Shown: positions 35,501 to 49,900 of the stretch, piece by piece
Position numbering within the stretch: position 1 is the stretch's first letter
Layout: every line of letters begins with the position of its first letter
NCBI GenBank assembly: GCA_002633005.1
Contig: NMRA01000148.1
Location: 682,001-746,000 of the forward strand
Length of the DNA stretch: 64,000 bases
From: Phoronis australis
Lineage: Eukaryota; Animalia; Phoronida
Direction of reading: 5' to 3'
The notes under the pieces: generated by a model
Told to the model about the DNA's origin: nothing
The model's database searches: none
What the model saw: the letters and a program-made list of their open reading frames with translations, nothing else
Position numbers and translations under genes: made by a program

Positions 35501-38500
35501 TGATGCTAAGAAAGGATTCAACTAATTTTGATTTCTTTGTCATGGTTTGCACAAGCTATGTAGAGAGACTAGTCAACTAAACAAAATGACGGTATAACCA
35601 ACGTTGTAGAATATTTTTGTTGTAGCTTAACCCGTATTCCACTGTAGAAACATTCCGCAATAGTCTGCAAAACAAAGTACTTTGATAGCATGGATTTCAC
35701 AGAAAGTTGAAATAGCCATTTCCCAAAATAACGGTTACATTTCGAAATTTGCTTTGTTGCTAGATGGCGCTAGATTATTTTTTGTGTCAATGCCACTTGC
35801 AGTTTACATGTAGACTTTAAAGTAATGGAATTTTTCAGACTTAAACAAGTCTTTGCTATCATCTTGCCGTCAAATCACCACTGCTGTACGGTTGGATGTT
35901 CAAATGATTCACACAAAATTGCCCGGTGATACTGAGTGCCACCAAATGAAGGAAATTGTATTTCATTTTTGCCACCTTTACTGCCTGAATTTGAAATTAA
36001 GTCAAACTGAAGTCCCTTTTTTGCTTTCACTCTAAGGAGTTGTATGTTGAACATTTCCCATCATTTCAATTCTTGTCATGTGACGCTTGCTAATTGGAAG
36101 TATGGGTGTGAGGCTGTGATGGTGCAATGTGAACGTGCAGTTTATATCTTACTAACTGTTTCACGTAGATCTAAAGACGAAGAGATTGACCTTGTGCCAG
36201 AAGAACAATTCTACCAGGAAGCCCCTCCTGAAATAGCCAAACCGGTAAGTAGTTTCATTGTTCTTCATGTTTGGACCACTCGGTGCCCGCAATGTTTCCA
36301 TGCTATAATTCTTCAGAGTATTAATTTAGTCTGATTAGGTTATTACTATTCAAGCTAATTATTTTAAAACTGCATATTTTCATTAAGGTGCATCCATGTG
36401 GCTTGTTATTTGGACTGTATCTAATCTTTGCTCTTTGTGGAGGTGGAAACCAGTCTTAATGAAAAAGGTGTGCTTTCACAAAGAACTGGGTGGTAACTAT
36501 AACTTCCAAGGGTCTTGAGTACAGCTCATTAAGGCAGAAAGAAGAGGAAAAGACTGGTCATCAAATCTAGACTCTGATGTTATTGTTACTAGCATGTTGA
36601 GTCACTGACATTAGGTATGACACGATTCTACTACTGCAGGAATACTTGCAGCTGTTTTGAACTTTCAATAATTTGAGGCGAAGGTCAAGGTCGTTTTTAC
36701 ACTGCTTTGGTGCTTTGGCTTTACATTTCATATGTATCGTAGGAACTGACAAAGAAGAATCCTCACAAAAGGATGAAAGCAAGACTGGACTGGGAGTTGG
36801 CACAAAGAAAACAGTAAGGGTGATAAGTAAAATGTTGAGTGATTTATACCACAGTGTTGACACTGTGGACAGGTCAATAAAATGCCTAGATTTCCTTTGA
36901 CTGCCAGACCACTTTGGCGGCTGAAACTGATGAGCAACCATATTGAGCTTGGTGTGAAGCAATAACAAACCGTCCATTCTTCTCAAACCAAAAGAACAAT
37001 TGTAATGAAACATACACATCCATCTTTTTGGGTTAAACCAATTCAAGTAGTTTAAACTAACTTATCTAGTTGTTTTCAAGGCTTGCTGAACAACTGAGAA
37101 CCACTGAGGAATCCAAGGATGTCATCTCGTCGGACATGAAGAAGAAGAAGGAATATCTGGAGAGTCTTCAGCCGAAGCTTAGTGCCATCCTGCTGGTTGG
37201 TCTCTTCTCAATACATGTATAACTTGATTGTGTGAATTACTGATGTGACAGCTTAGTGGTTTATGTGATTGTCTCAAAAATATACTCACACTTCAAATGA
37301 CAATAGCTGCTTGACATAGGAACAAGATTACTGGTTTAAATGTAGGTGGTCAAAAATTGAGCATTAAGTCTTTAAAACCAAAATAAATTTGTTTATTTAG
37401 CTGTTAAGAAAATTAATTGTATTCATATCTCGTTGAGTTTTTTTTTGAGTTTCCTGTAATATCATTCAATAAGTTTTTGTTCTCTAAGGGGTGGATGGGC
37501 TTACATGCGATAATAACCCAATAGAGTTAGTGAACGTTTACATGGGGTGGGGTTTTACCGGAGCGGGTAAGGTATTTCCCCATGTCTCACCTAGAACTGA
37601 TATCGATTTGTATGACTGTGTAATTTTCCACCACTTCAGTCGACCAAGCCTGTCCAGGAATACCTCGGCATGAGGTTTGATGAAGTGCGGGAGCAGCACA
37701 GGACCGCCGCCCATCTGCCAGAACCCCTGTATGTGTTGTACATGCAGGCAACAGCCTATCACGAGGCCTGTGGTGAGTTATTAGGTGCAGTTAAGATTCC
37801 TAAACCTTATTTCAATCTGTATTTATTGCCTTTGTAAGCTAGTGGTCGCGACAAAAGTTAAAGCCAAATTAACCTGTACTTAGTTAATTTACTTGTTCCG
37901 GTAGCCTTAGATCTTAGAAATACTGTTGATAATCATTAACTGATGATTACCGTAAACTGTCATTGTGCTATTGTCATTTCAGACAAGAATATGTCGGTCA
38001 GCATCAGTGGTGATATAGAGGCGGCCAAGAACCTGGAAACAGAGAAACCACCTGAGATTGGTAAGTTCCCACTGGCAGTGTCTAAAGTAGCTTTATAGGT
38101 TAAGTTTGTCTTGCTGGTGATTTGCTGAAGTAAGACTTAGCCCTCTTTTGGAGGTCCAGAAATCTGGAACTTCAAAATAAAGGGTAATCGCACCAAAATA
38201 TGAACATCATCTTGGTCTGTAAATATATATTTATCATGACTGCATGCTGTGTGATAATTTTCTGAATTAGTCTTTTTAAAATATCTGCCTTAAAAGCTAC
38301 TTCTGTTGGACCTTTTTCTGTTGAAATCTTTTAAATCAGAATAAGATTATGCTACATATGAAACAACTTTTTTATGATAGTTTACATTGGCGACATAATG
38401 AAATACAGCTTGTTGCTAGATTGTGTTAGAATATTTGCATTCTTGTATAGATTTTTTACCCTGAGATTTTTCCTAATTTTTTGTAATTTTTTGTGACCAT

Positions 38501-41500
38501 CATGCTGTCAAATTGCCACTGTTGGGATATTCAAACGATTCACACAAAAATTTCAACATCTTAAAATGTCCGTGAATGAAGGAAATTATGTTTCGTCAAC
38601 TCGAGCTCTGACAATGCTAAAGAGTTGTGTGTCCATTGTTCCGTTGTTGTTTTTGTTTTCAGTGGAAGACAGTGACAGTGATCAAGAAGAAGATTCACAC
38701 AAGAAGAAATCGGTGCGTACCTAAGGTGGACGTTTAATACTCGTCAAATGTCCACTGGTTCTTGAAGCCACTAATCACAAACTAGTAGCACCACCATATG
38801 TTGCCCGCTTGGCTGATGGCCAACTTACAAATGTCAGGTTATTCCAGTTCATTGAGTTAAATTTAATTTAAAGGTTGGTTGGTTCCAACCCAGAAATCCC
38901 AAAATTATTGAGTTCAGTAAGAGGTTTTATTCAAAAGTCAGTGTTGTTTGCATTCAAAATCCCCCAAGGTAGATGGTTTGAGCCTCGAGTATCTTCTTCA
39001 ACTCCTTCCCACTACAACAACCAGTTGTAAAGTAGTGCAAACATAATAACTACGATAAATTAAAAGGAATTGTGTCAGTTTATATAGCTTAAAATACACA
39101 ATGTCATGTCTCAGAATTGCCAACCTAGTAAAGGGTCTATGTAAATATTCTTCTGTGTTCGTTTATACCAGAAACACAGGCGACGCACCATGGGCGATCA
39201 CATGTCTCTGAAGCGACAGAAGGCACTGAAGAAACACCCCCTGTCTGTGATGATTGTCATCAAGTGTAAAGGTGTGGTTTGACCCTTTTAATGTATTCAT
39301 TTTTATTAGTTCATTCTTGTGAAGAGGCATGATTGTGAATTACTGGGTAGTTTAGCATTTTATTTGACAAATGATCACTCTCAGTCTAAATTTCATGTTC
39401 TTGTCTTACGATGACTGTAATTCAGTGTTGAAATTTTTGGAGTAACATTTTTACTTCTCGTTGACATCATTGGACATGCAATTGTTGTGCAAACAAAACA
39501 AGAAAAATCTGTCTTTCGTGGTCATGAAATTTAAGAGAAGGTTGTCCATTTTAGGTGTCAACCATTTCTTCTTTTGAGTTACTAAAGTTGTTTTAAAATT
39601 TCTTATTTTAAAAGTACTATAGATCACCAAACTGACAGAAAATCATGCTCAATTTCAATAGATGGCAGCAGATTACAAATGACCTTTTACTACCTGCTGA
39701 CCCTTGAGATCATCACTATGACGATGACACTGGATAAAGAAGATACTTCTTCCTACAGTACTATATCAGGGGGGTAAGTGCATTACATACGTGAAACTTA
39801 TTGCACAATATTTGTCATGTCAGTTTTTCATTCATTTTACCTTGTTCCTGTGATTTGCTGCTTTCAGAAACAAATCAAGGGTGAAATATAGGCTTTTTTA
39901 ACATCTATATCGATACTAGGTAAACACCATTCTCTCGTCCAGGTGTGAGATAAATTTTATGTCAGTTTTTTACTTAAAAGTTTTCGAGATTTCAGTGATA
40001 ATGTGTCCTTAGACTGTATAAGTACAAAACTAAATAAATATTAAATCTGAAACAGGAAACAGGGATTTGATGAGAAATGGTTAGTAAAAGCTCAATTCCA
40101 GCTATCTTTGTTTCAGTGACTTGCTGTCATCAGACTCCCTATTGGCCTGTCTATACCCTGGGGACTATGGTGACGACACGCCCAACTCATCTAATCAGTA
40201 CACACTCCACAGTCTTGGGTTAGTTCATTGCTTTGTGAAAATAATTCCTTTTTGGTGAAGTCTTAAGTGGCCATGTTGTGTTACCATGAATAGTTGAGTT
40301 TGCTTTTTTCTCAAGTTTCTTATAGTGAATTGTCTTTTGCCTGTAAACAACCACAAAGTTTGCCTTGCAAGATAAGCTGGTGATATTGGCTACCTTGCTT
40401 AACTTGTCGTCGCATAACTAGTCAATCTACTATTAAGTTATCACCTTTCCTTCAGTCTCGATTCCTGCTCATACACATCCATATTTGCATGTACGAACCC
40501 AAAGGTGACCGTTTAAGCTTGAAGACGATCACATGAGTGGTTTTTATCCACTGTGCTGCATTTTGGGATAACTAACATCAAGCGCAACGAATACTGAATA
40601 TTTTCATTTTTGTTTTTTGAGTTATGTTGTGTTTAGTTCTCATTGTTATTTAGTGCCCCTCAGATGATAATTCTTCCAAATCAGACTAGGGGTCTTAAGA
40701 CGAGTAAGAAACAACCTCACCTTATATCCACTGAGTTACTTGGCATTCTTGATTTTTGTTGTAAAGAAGTGTAGTGATGCACCAGTATCATAACCTAAGT
40801 TAAATAACTTGTTGACAACCTTCATCCATGCTAATTACTTTGACTGAGTGTTAGAAATAAACTGCTCCATTAGATGAGCCTATGTTGAACTTTTACTAAA
40901 AATATAACTTAAATGATTTGTTTTGCCACATTTGTTGTGTATTGCGTGTTTCAGACTGGCAGACTTTGCCTCCTACATTAGTGACCTCGGGCGACCTTAT
41001 GTCTGGGCACAGTGGTTGGCTGGACTTCAGTTCATGGCAGGGTCGGAGGTTAGACATGCCCAATCCTCCTTGAGTGCTAGTCACATGGGAGAAACCATCC
41101 AGAGAATACGACGGAGGATTCAAGCTCGCCTGTCCTTGCAGAAGCAGTTAGCAGCCTTGGGTCTGTGAATTATTTCATATGAAACGGTCTTGAACTTTGT
41201 TAACTGAATTCAATTATACAATGGTACGATTTCTTGCCAACATAAACTCCCTCATATGCTGGACTAGAGTAATTTTTGAGACTGGTTCAGCTTTGTATAG
41301 CCTTTATTGTAACATTGCACTTGTAGTAAGTAACTTCTTTCGTTTTTATAACGATAACAGAAGACAACGATGAATTATGGACACTTTTAACCATATTGCA
41401 CTTTTAGTCGTGAAAGTGTTGTCTTACAAGGTACAATGTTGCCCAAAAGATTTTTAGAAAACTAAATGTTTCATGATAATAAATATTTGAATGTTAAAGA

Positions 41501-44500
41501 AGAAAAGAGCTAACAAACCTATCATTGTGATTCTTTTTCCAGTTTGAGATAATGTTGTGGCAGAATAAGAATAAGACATCTTGTTAATAGAAATTGTCTT
41601 TCACTTTTAGAAAATGGCAGTGTGGTTATCGCGAAGGAGATTGCTCACCTATTTCCCGCAAAAATTTGCAGCAAGTTGTTGTCTTGGAAGAGAACGACAT
41701 ATGAAGACCTGAAGGTAAGGACTGCCTCTTGTCTTTTTTAGTCATGGCTTTCTCTGCCCGAGGGTGATAGCAGTGGTTTTGTTGTGGTTTGATCATCTCA
41801 ATATTGTTGTGTTGATTATGTTCTTATGTTCTTCTCTGTGGGTTTAATAATGTCAATATCTTATTGCAGATCCTGCCATACACTTGTGCTCTGTTCACTG
41901 CCAACAACGTTCACGAGACTGACATGTTTTACACTGCTCAGTTTTCAAGAGGAAGTGGTAAGGCCCACCATAATGTGCTTTGAGTTCATCTCTGACAAAA
42001 CCGACTCTGAGATCAAAATCATCATGTACTATCAGCACACCATGCCAAGAACTAACACTTCTGAATTACTGTGCAATGGGTTCAACCAACTACTTTTCAC
42101 AGTTAACCAAATTCAAGGCTTCTATGCTAAGTTATGAGATATACCATTTGGGAGGTAAAAATGCTTTTGCACTGAACTGATTATATTACACCTTTTCATT
42201 ATACTATGTGTTTGTTACGATGCTTTACAATATTTCTCAGACTTTTTCTCATGTGTTGTAAACACTGATTTTATGTTATATATTCTCTGTATGGAGCTTT
42301 TAATAGCCTGACTGCCACCATCATGTGTATTGGTGATTGTGCCTTCATTGTGTTTATGATTGCATAAATTAACCTGTCATCACTTTGTCTACATTATCTG
42401 TTCAGTTTTGCCTTTTTGCCAATGAAAGAAACTTTCTTCATGCTGCAAATTTGAATTAGTAGGGAGAATTTATTTTTAGACATTTTTTACTTTAAAAATT
42501 GGTCAACTTTTCCAACATGTTGGCTTCAATGACCCATGCAAGCCAAGTTGTTTAGCTCAGTTCTCATTAATAACGTATTGTCAGTTCTTACGATACTCAG
42601 AGCCATTTTTAAAAATTTCACACAGCACTTATTATGTCAAGCCAAAGTTGTAAACTTCAAACTCGAAGATATCAAGTTAGAGGCCATGAATGTATCTTTG
42701 GACCAATTGGTGAGGTCCAGTCGGTCCATGGTGTTCTCGTGTGTAGTCTCACCAATGCTAACTTCCTGTTCAAGATCAGAAGCCACATCAAAGGGTTGCA
42801 ACCAAAACATGAACCAAAGCAATAATGCTTTAAACGTTATAAGAAAGCATTCAGTCATATTAGTAAATGGTCTAATTAAAAAATTGCTTACTTACACAGT
42901 GTATGGAAAACAATATAATTCGATCTATTTCAGCCACAATGACGTCCCATGTGGTGATCAGTCCCAACTACCCCAATACTGTACCTCTGTTTGCTGTGTC
43001 CATCCACTGGAAGGGTGGAGAAAAGACGTCACTCACAGGAACTGATGTCAGAGTAAGGATATTGAATGAAAATTCTCTCCAACATGTCCTCTTACAATGT
43101 TTCCATTTTCGGAATAGAAGCCCATCTACATATTAATGTTATGTAGAACTCGAAAAAATGTCCAAATTTGACTAACTTTCAGAACATTATCTTTGACAGA
43201 AAAATGCCGATTCATATGAAAGTTTCACGTATTACTATGGTTTATGCATTGTTCTCTCAATTGTACTGTTGGAAATTGTTTTTAAAATTGTCCACTTTTG
43301 TGTGAGTGGCTATCAAAAATAAAGTTATGATTTTCATAAAAAAATTGAAATGCATGAAACAAAACGATACTTCAGCATTGATGAAAAAAGATGGAATGTC
43401 AAAAACAAACGGAATTTGATCATGTTTTGGATACTGTTGTATTGCAATCAATGAACGTAAAGTTTCATTTTTGATAAATTTTATTATAAAACGTGGTCAC
43501 CTGACCCAATTAAGTGGAGATTGGTAAAGACAGTAATCAAATTCTACAGAATTTTGAAATTCTGTAGTTTTGTATATATTTAGCTAAAAACACCGACTTC
43601 TTAATTAATTCCTTCACAATCTTGAAGCCTGCCTTGAATGGTAATGCATGTAATTTGGTTGCTACAATATAGTTTCAGCATCACTTGAAATACACCAATG
43701 CAGTAAAGTACTCGACTAATGAATGATTAGACTCATTTTCTACATTCGTCTATTTCACTTGTCTTATGGTGTTCTATTAAGGCCTCTGTTCTATACAACT
43801 ACCTTTGAAATTGGTCTTTGTCCTGTGTTCTCACAGGGACACGATATAGTGGGAAATGCCTAACTTTATATCATTTCACAACACATTTGAGTGGTTAAGA
43901 CATTTTCTCTTATGTTGGGAAGGTATTCCTGGGACTATCTGGGCCAGTAAATCTAAAATGACAAAAATCCATTTGAGGAAGGCTTTTATTGCAAGAGCGT
44001 GGTGTCACTGAAGTATGAAGCAAACTGTCCACAAGATGTCTCTTGTGGAGTGATGTCATGTCTCTTGTGGAGTGATGTCATGTCTCTTGTTTGTGGAGTG
44101 ATGTCATAGCTTTATTTCCTGACTTCAGGAGCTGGAAGCAGAGGTCAACATTCACCACAAGGATTTGTTGGCTGCTGGATCACCTGACCAAATTCTGACC
44201 AATCAAATCCAACGATTGCTCATGTGTCTGGATGTGTATCTGGAGACGGACAGTGCTTCAGCTGACTTAGAAGGGCCCAACGAGTTCCCCATGGAAAAAA
44301 TGTTTCCATTCACGTCCAGGTGAGAAACCAGGAATTTCAAACAATTCTTTCGTAATAATGGGCAAGATACAGTATAGTTGATAATTTGTAAAACATTATC
44401 AATGAAGTGGGATCAGTGTGTCTGAAGAGTAACAAGGGGCCAATCAGCTACACAGATCATGCATCGACCGTTCGTAACTGTCCCCCAGCTGTCTTCTAGA

Positions 44501-45561
44501 TGTGCAGCTGCCGTCTGTTCAACAAAATATTTGTTAACTGTACTGGTAGTGCACTTTTATAATTCTATATTTCTCTCTTAAGTCTCTTCATTCACAATAA
44601 ATCAAAAAATGCATTTTATAGTGAAAATGTCAATACAAGAGAGAGGTTGCTGGTAAAACTGATTCACTGATAAAGGGTAATTAAATTTTAACTTTCAAAA
44701 GAGGGGAGTTGCATGCTCAGATTAACGTTTATGAATATCTCATTTTAACGTGCTTAAAACCACCATTTATCTTGTTTCGACAAGTGATTACATTGTCAGC
44801 ATCATTGAACCTTCCTTTATAGCACTGCATATAGCATGTTGGGCATTCCATGTTCCAAAAACGAGACAATATAAGATAAGCAAGTTTCTTAACTTCACAG
44901 ACATGAGTGTGACATATGGATGTACCCAGTGTCAGTGTGCCATGTTTAATGCGCGAGTTTCGTGTACAAACTTTAGCCATATCCATGCCTCTCTGATGTC
45001 CCGTGGGAAAGTGAAGAGCCACAGTGTGGACAAATACTGAATTATCACAACCACCATGAATGCAAGGCACTGACATTCTTTATTATACCATAATGCACTG
45101 GAAAATGAGCAGCAATGTCTGACATTTTTAACACTGAATGCAATGGAGGATGACTAATGCTGCAATTAATTGTCCTGATTGTACATAGAATGTGTCGATG
45201 AATAAATGGCCATCACTAATTAACATATTGTTAGATAGTGTTTGTGGGTGCTGAAACCTGGGGTTATTTTTTTGGTGTTTTTGTGGTGAAGTTGGTGATT
45301 TTAAATACTTTAATCCGCATAATTGTCAATGTTGAAACATTAACATATTTTACAGATCAGTTGCATTTTAAAAATAGTCAGTAATGACAATTACTGTGAC
45401 TGTACCGAAGAGCAGCATGGCAACTTTTTTTAATGAAAAATTGCAATGTTTTTTAGTTCAAATATGTCTATTGATCTTTTTATTTTTTGTATTTTAGAGG
45501 ACCACTGCGAAGCAAGCCATACAAGTATAATTACCAGTTGGGTTACTTCTGCCAGCGATAA
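32568..45561 (+). CDS. THOC5: THO complex subunit 5 (FMIP), 18 coding exons, 696 aa
   Basis: Exons: 32568-32690, 34159-34305, 34828-35039, 36169-36244, 36743-36813, 37081-37195, 37640-37772, 37983-38060, 38663-38712, 39172-39271, 39662-39773, 40117-40218, 40955-41160, 41611-41714, 41870-41957, 42934-43052, 44129-44319, 45498-45561. All GT-AG and phase-consistent. Diagnostic motifs: LKRLNR...[77 protein letters not shown]. Confidence 0.96.
32714..33347. mobile_element. Degenerate MITE in THOC5 intron with GTCGCC/GGCGAC subterminal repeats
   Basis: Repeated gtcgcc..aa..gaaatc units at 32728-32860 and inverted ggcgac units near 33275-33345. Ends gtcaagcactg. Confidence 0.5.
35135..35260. repeat. 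Short C-rich tandem repeat
   Basis: About four copies of (cc)tggtcaccaccaattcctcc. Confidence 0.7.
44036..44107. repeat. ~22-bp tandem repeat (3 copies) just upstream of a THOC5 acceptor
   Basis: atgtctcttgtggagtgatgtc x3. Confidence 0.8.
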
Positions 45562-45750
45562 CGCAGACCGTATCATACTGACGAAATCCTAGTTCATTGC
45601 TGACTTTTTATGGTGACCAGTTGTAGTTTTATATCTGGACTCACTTGCATGAAGCACATCTCAGGATAATCTTAATGTGTTGACCCAGACATTGCTCGTT
45701 AACAATGTTAACACTATTTTGTGTATTGTTTCAATCTGAAATAACTTGTG

Positions 45751-45756
45751 AATAAA
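45751..45756 (+). promoter_or_regulatory. Candidate polyadenylation signal of THOC5
   Basis: AATAAA ~190 bp after the stop codon. Confidence 0.45.
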
Positions 45757-46974
45757 TGTTACTTTTAACCTTCAGCATAAGTCAGCAGCTTTTTTAACAA
45801 AAGTCATTAATAAAAAATTGGTAAGTATTTAGTTACTGGAATTTTTGTGAAATCTTCATACAGCTGGTGAAAGGATATGTATCAAAGCACATGAAAGAAT
45901 GATCATGCAAATTGCAAAGAAATTACAATTTCTCAGGCTGATACCACAGTATTTCTCTCAGTTACTTTAAAAGAATAATTAGTAATCGAATATCCATTCA
46001 ATTGGTGTTCCAGTCTAATGCAATTTTTTGTCTCATGGTGAGAATATGACAGTCTCCCTCTGAGTAGTTGATTTGATATGAATTTGTATTTATCTACTTA
46101 ACTGAGGAGACGAGTACTGTGAAATCATTCCTCACATAACCAAAAAAGATTTTCAGTGTCTGGCGGTTCAAGAAAATATCTCAAACGCGTAACAAAAAAT
46201 ACATTCCTATAAATAAAGTAAAAAATTTTTATAAACTCCATTTAACCCAGACAAGTATGAACATGATTTATGTTACCATTGTGGTTTTCTGCAAACAAGT
46301 CCAGTCAAATAACTATATGCTTGGTGGGAGATTATACAATTTTTTTCGAAAATAACCCCAGGACGCATATTTGGGGAAAAAGATGGTTCAAAACTATTAC
46401 ACATTTCTAGTTTAATCAGCAAAAATGCAACACCGAAAATGCCAGTTGTCAAATATATGAGTAGCGCTTAATATTTTGTGAGGAGAAACTTCAGAACAAA
46501 GTGTGACAAAACTGCATTGAACTAAGCTTAACTTGTCCTGGAGAGCAACTCAACTGGCTTAACTACTTTTTACAAGCTCTTCAAAATTTAATGGCTCATC
46601 CGACATACAAATAGCGTGTGAAGAGTTTTAGTTCTTGCATACAGGCAGATGTACAATAAAAACTTGGAAGTTGTATAATTAAAAACTTGAATTAGTATTC
46701 TTGTACCTAAGTCTTATCGATCAAATTGCAGAATTTTTGAGTATATTAAGACTACATCTTTTGTCTTATCTGCATGGCAGTACAAAAAGATCCACAGAAG
46801 TTACAAGTCTTTACTAACAAGGCTAAAGAAGTAGAATGAAATGTGAACACCTGTCTTCCTGAGAGGGGGTGCTCTAGTATATACAAACTAGAAAGTAATC
46901 CACATAATCCTGGCTGGTTATCTCTGTTCAGCTCTTTATCACATGCGTCAACTCCAGGTTTTCAGTTTGATGTT

Positions 46975-49900
46975 TTAGCTGATTACATCTATACAATCGT
47001 CATCAGTCATCTCCAACTCTTCAGGAGTCTGTATTGGTGAAATTGGATCATCATCGAATCGAAATTTAAGCTTGTCGTAGTCAAGATTTCTCTCTTTTGC
47101 ATACTGTTTAAAGACGACCTCCAGAGGGGCATGCTGGAAAATGGAAATATTGATTCGACACGATTCACAATAAAGCAGGATTTAGTGCAAAATGTTGCCA
47201 ACAGGATTTTATAGCTTGCGCTGTGGTGTTCAACCCTGGTGAGCTGTGATTGGGGCAACCCCAGATGCCAAACATTCTAGGTGTCTCCATTTTTGGGGTC
47301 CCGAAGCAGCTGCCAGCAGGTTCCTCGTGACCAGGAACAGTTGCCTAATCCAGGCTCTTGAAATCAAAAAACTGCCACTGATCATCACAAAATTTCCCAT
47401 CTGGTTGTCACCAATCTCCACCCCCATCCCCGGTGGCCACTTATACACCTGCCTTTTTGTTGCGGTGTGCGCTTAGACCAGCATGTTCAGGGCCTTATTG
47501 CTGCAAGGTGGGACGCCTATTTTATGGCAGCAAACCAAAGGGAAACATTAGTTTAGTTAACTTAATGAGGAACACAACAATAGGGGCGACCCTGATACTG
47601 GTAGCTTAATCTTAAGCCTTATTGGCACAATAATAAATCCACTGCTGGTGTGGCAACATGTAACCAATGGCTGCAAAACAAAATCCATGTTCTCCATCAT
47701 AAACGGTCACTCAACTACATAAATGGACTGTTAGCTTTGTATTCTTGAAACAGTTTCCCTTACATTTTAAACATTTGCCATAAGATATGCATGAAAAACA
47801 CATGAGTAATGCGTTGACATATATTATTTCCAGCTACAGTCCAACAATATAACAGACCCTCCTGCGACCTTTTTAAAATTTCATTTTAACCAAAATTTTC
47901 TGTAACCAAATTAATTTGTATACTGTACAGTTGGCTTGTAACTTGGGGAATGGAATGTTATAAGCAATTGTTAGGGCCCGTGACCAACCTTTACTTGAGA
48001 CTTGATGAATCACATCACATGAAATTACAATGTAGAGCATTGACATGTGCCCAGGGCTGTTCCAGTAAAATCCGTGTGGGAGGGGGGGGGACAGCAGTAG
48101 AAATAAAAATTCATGGGTGGTGGTCTTCAGAAACAAACACAAATTATGGGTGGTCGTTCCTGTAAGAAGTGATGCATTAAAAATGGGTGGTATTTTTTGT
48201 CCTGTTAATGTTGACAGGTTGGTTACTTCAGCCCTCAAAACTCAAAGCAAGCCAATACAAAAAAGCCCATATTGCCAGTGAACAGAGTGCAATATGTTCA
48301 CTTAGCCATTAATCAAGTCATGGGCAACTTGATTTGAGCCAACTGTTTGTCTGCAGTCCTATTGAATTGAAAAGTTATGCAACACTAAACTGGTGTTAAC
48401 ACATATAAGAAAATTGATGATTTTTAAATAAAAATTATGAGGAGTAAGATAAACAAGTTCCAATATTCACTTAACATAGAAGTATACAAGAGTTCGTGGA
48501 GACAGTTTGAGATTCATAGATCCTTATAATTGAAAAAATGTTCATTGAAATTATAGACACATGGTGAACAGAGACACCTGGTGGCTGCCAAAAGTATTGC
48601 TCACAGGCTACTTTAGTTTTTGATAATATTGGCAAAGACAACTAGTTCTTGTCTGTCAATCATCTAAGTTCTTAACAGGTCCTCCTGGAGGCAGTTTGTT
48701 TGCAAGTGTTGGATTTTATGTTTTAACCTATTAAAAATAATTAAAAAATATGGGCGGTGGGTACGAAATAAAAGTGCCTTCCCCCCCTCCCATACACATT
48801 TTGCTGGAACAGCCCCCACTACATTTATTGCAAATGGTAAAGAAATACGGGGAGAGCTTTTTTTGAAAAAAATCACTAAAGTCAGATTCATCTGAAAATT
48901 GACATCAACTCTGCATGCTCTTCTCATAAGTAACACACAAGACAAATTTCACGAAGATCCATCAAAGATCTTGGTAGATATAAAGGCAGATGCCATGACA
49001 ATTGGTCATCCAAAAATAGACACCGGCTAAGCTTTCGTCAATAGGAACACATATGTCAGATTTCATGAAGATCCAATTCAGATAATGAAACAGATGCAAA
49101 GAAAAATAAGATCTCCCTTGGGTGATACCTTAACAGTCAATTTTAGAGTTGAGTCTCAAGTAGAATTTGATGGTCACAAGCCCAGGTTCATGACAATGCA
49201 GTTCGACAGTTATTCAGCATGTGAGCAAAAATAAAACAAAATAGTATGCGTTGGTTCACAATGTAGGAACTGCATGTTTTTGACAGTAAATGTACTATTA
49301 ACAACTACAATAACATAACAAGTGTAAGGAAATTGCAAAAACCTTTCCTACCATGACAGCTTCGATTGTCATTTTGGTTCTTGAGTCTTTTCCTTGTAAC
49401 CTTAAACTGATTGTATCACCATCGCTCACACAGACCAAGTCTTGAATCCTGGAATTTTTCTTTCTAATGCGACACTCTAGAAATGAAATGGTATGTGATA
49501 AAACAGGCTGAAACAAATGGACAAACTATGCGAATTCAACTCATTACAATGTAGAACACTAGATTTAGTAAAAAATCACCAATTTAGGACACAATATGGC
49601 AGACAAGTGAAATGTTGTTTTTGTATTTTTTCATAATGGATACACAGCACCAGGTTAATGATTTTCCACATCCAAGTTGTGTACCATAGTTATCACAAGA
49701 CAATATTTTGGAAAATGCGCGCAATCACAACGTTAGAGGCCCTTGAACAATGGAAAAGAGTAATTTAGGCATTTATATTTTTTGCCTGATGTTGGTGAGA
49801 TTTTAACAGAGACAAAGCATCGTGGCAAAATCTTTATACTACAAATGACTTTTGAGACAATGGCAATGGAAAAGTAGCCAACAAATATAGTTTTGCTACC

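Noticed and set aside
42536-43045. 169-aa ORF
   Set aside because: Mostly THOC5 intron, overlapping a real exon in a different frame, with no domain signal.
32568-45561. Non-canonical or U12-type introns in THOC5
   Set aside because: All 17 introns checked are GT-AG, and none has the GTATCCTT U12 donor.
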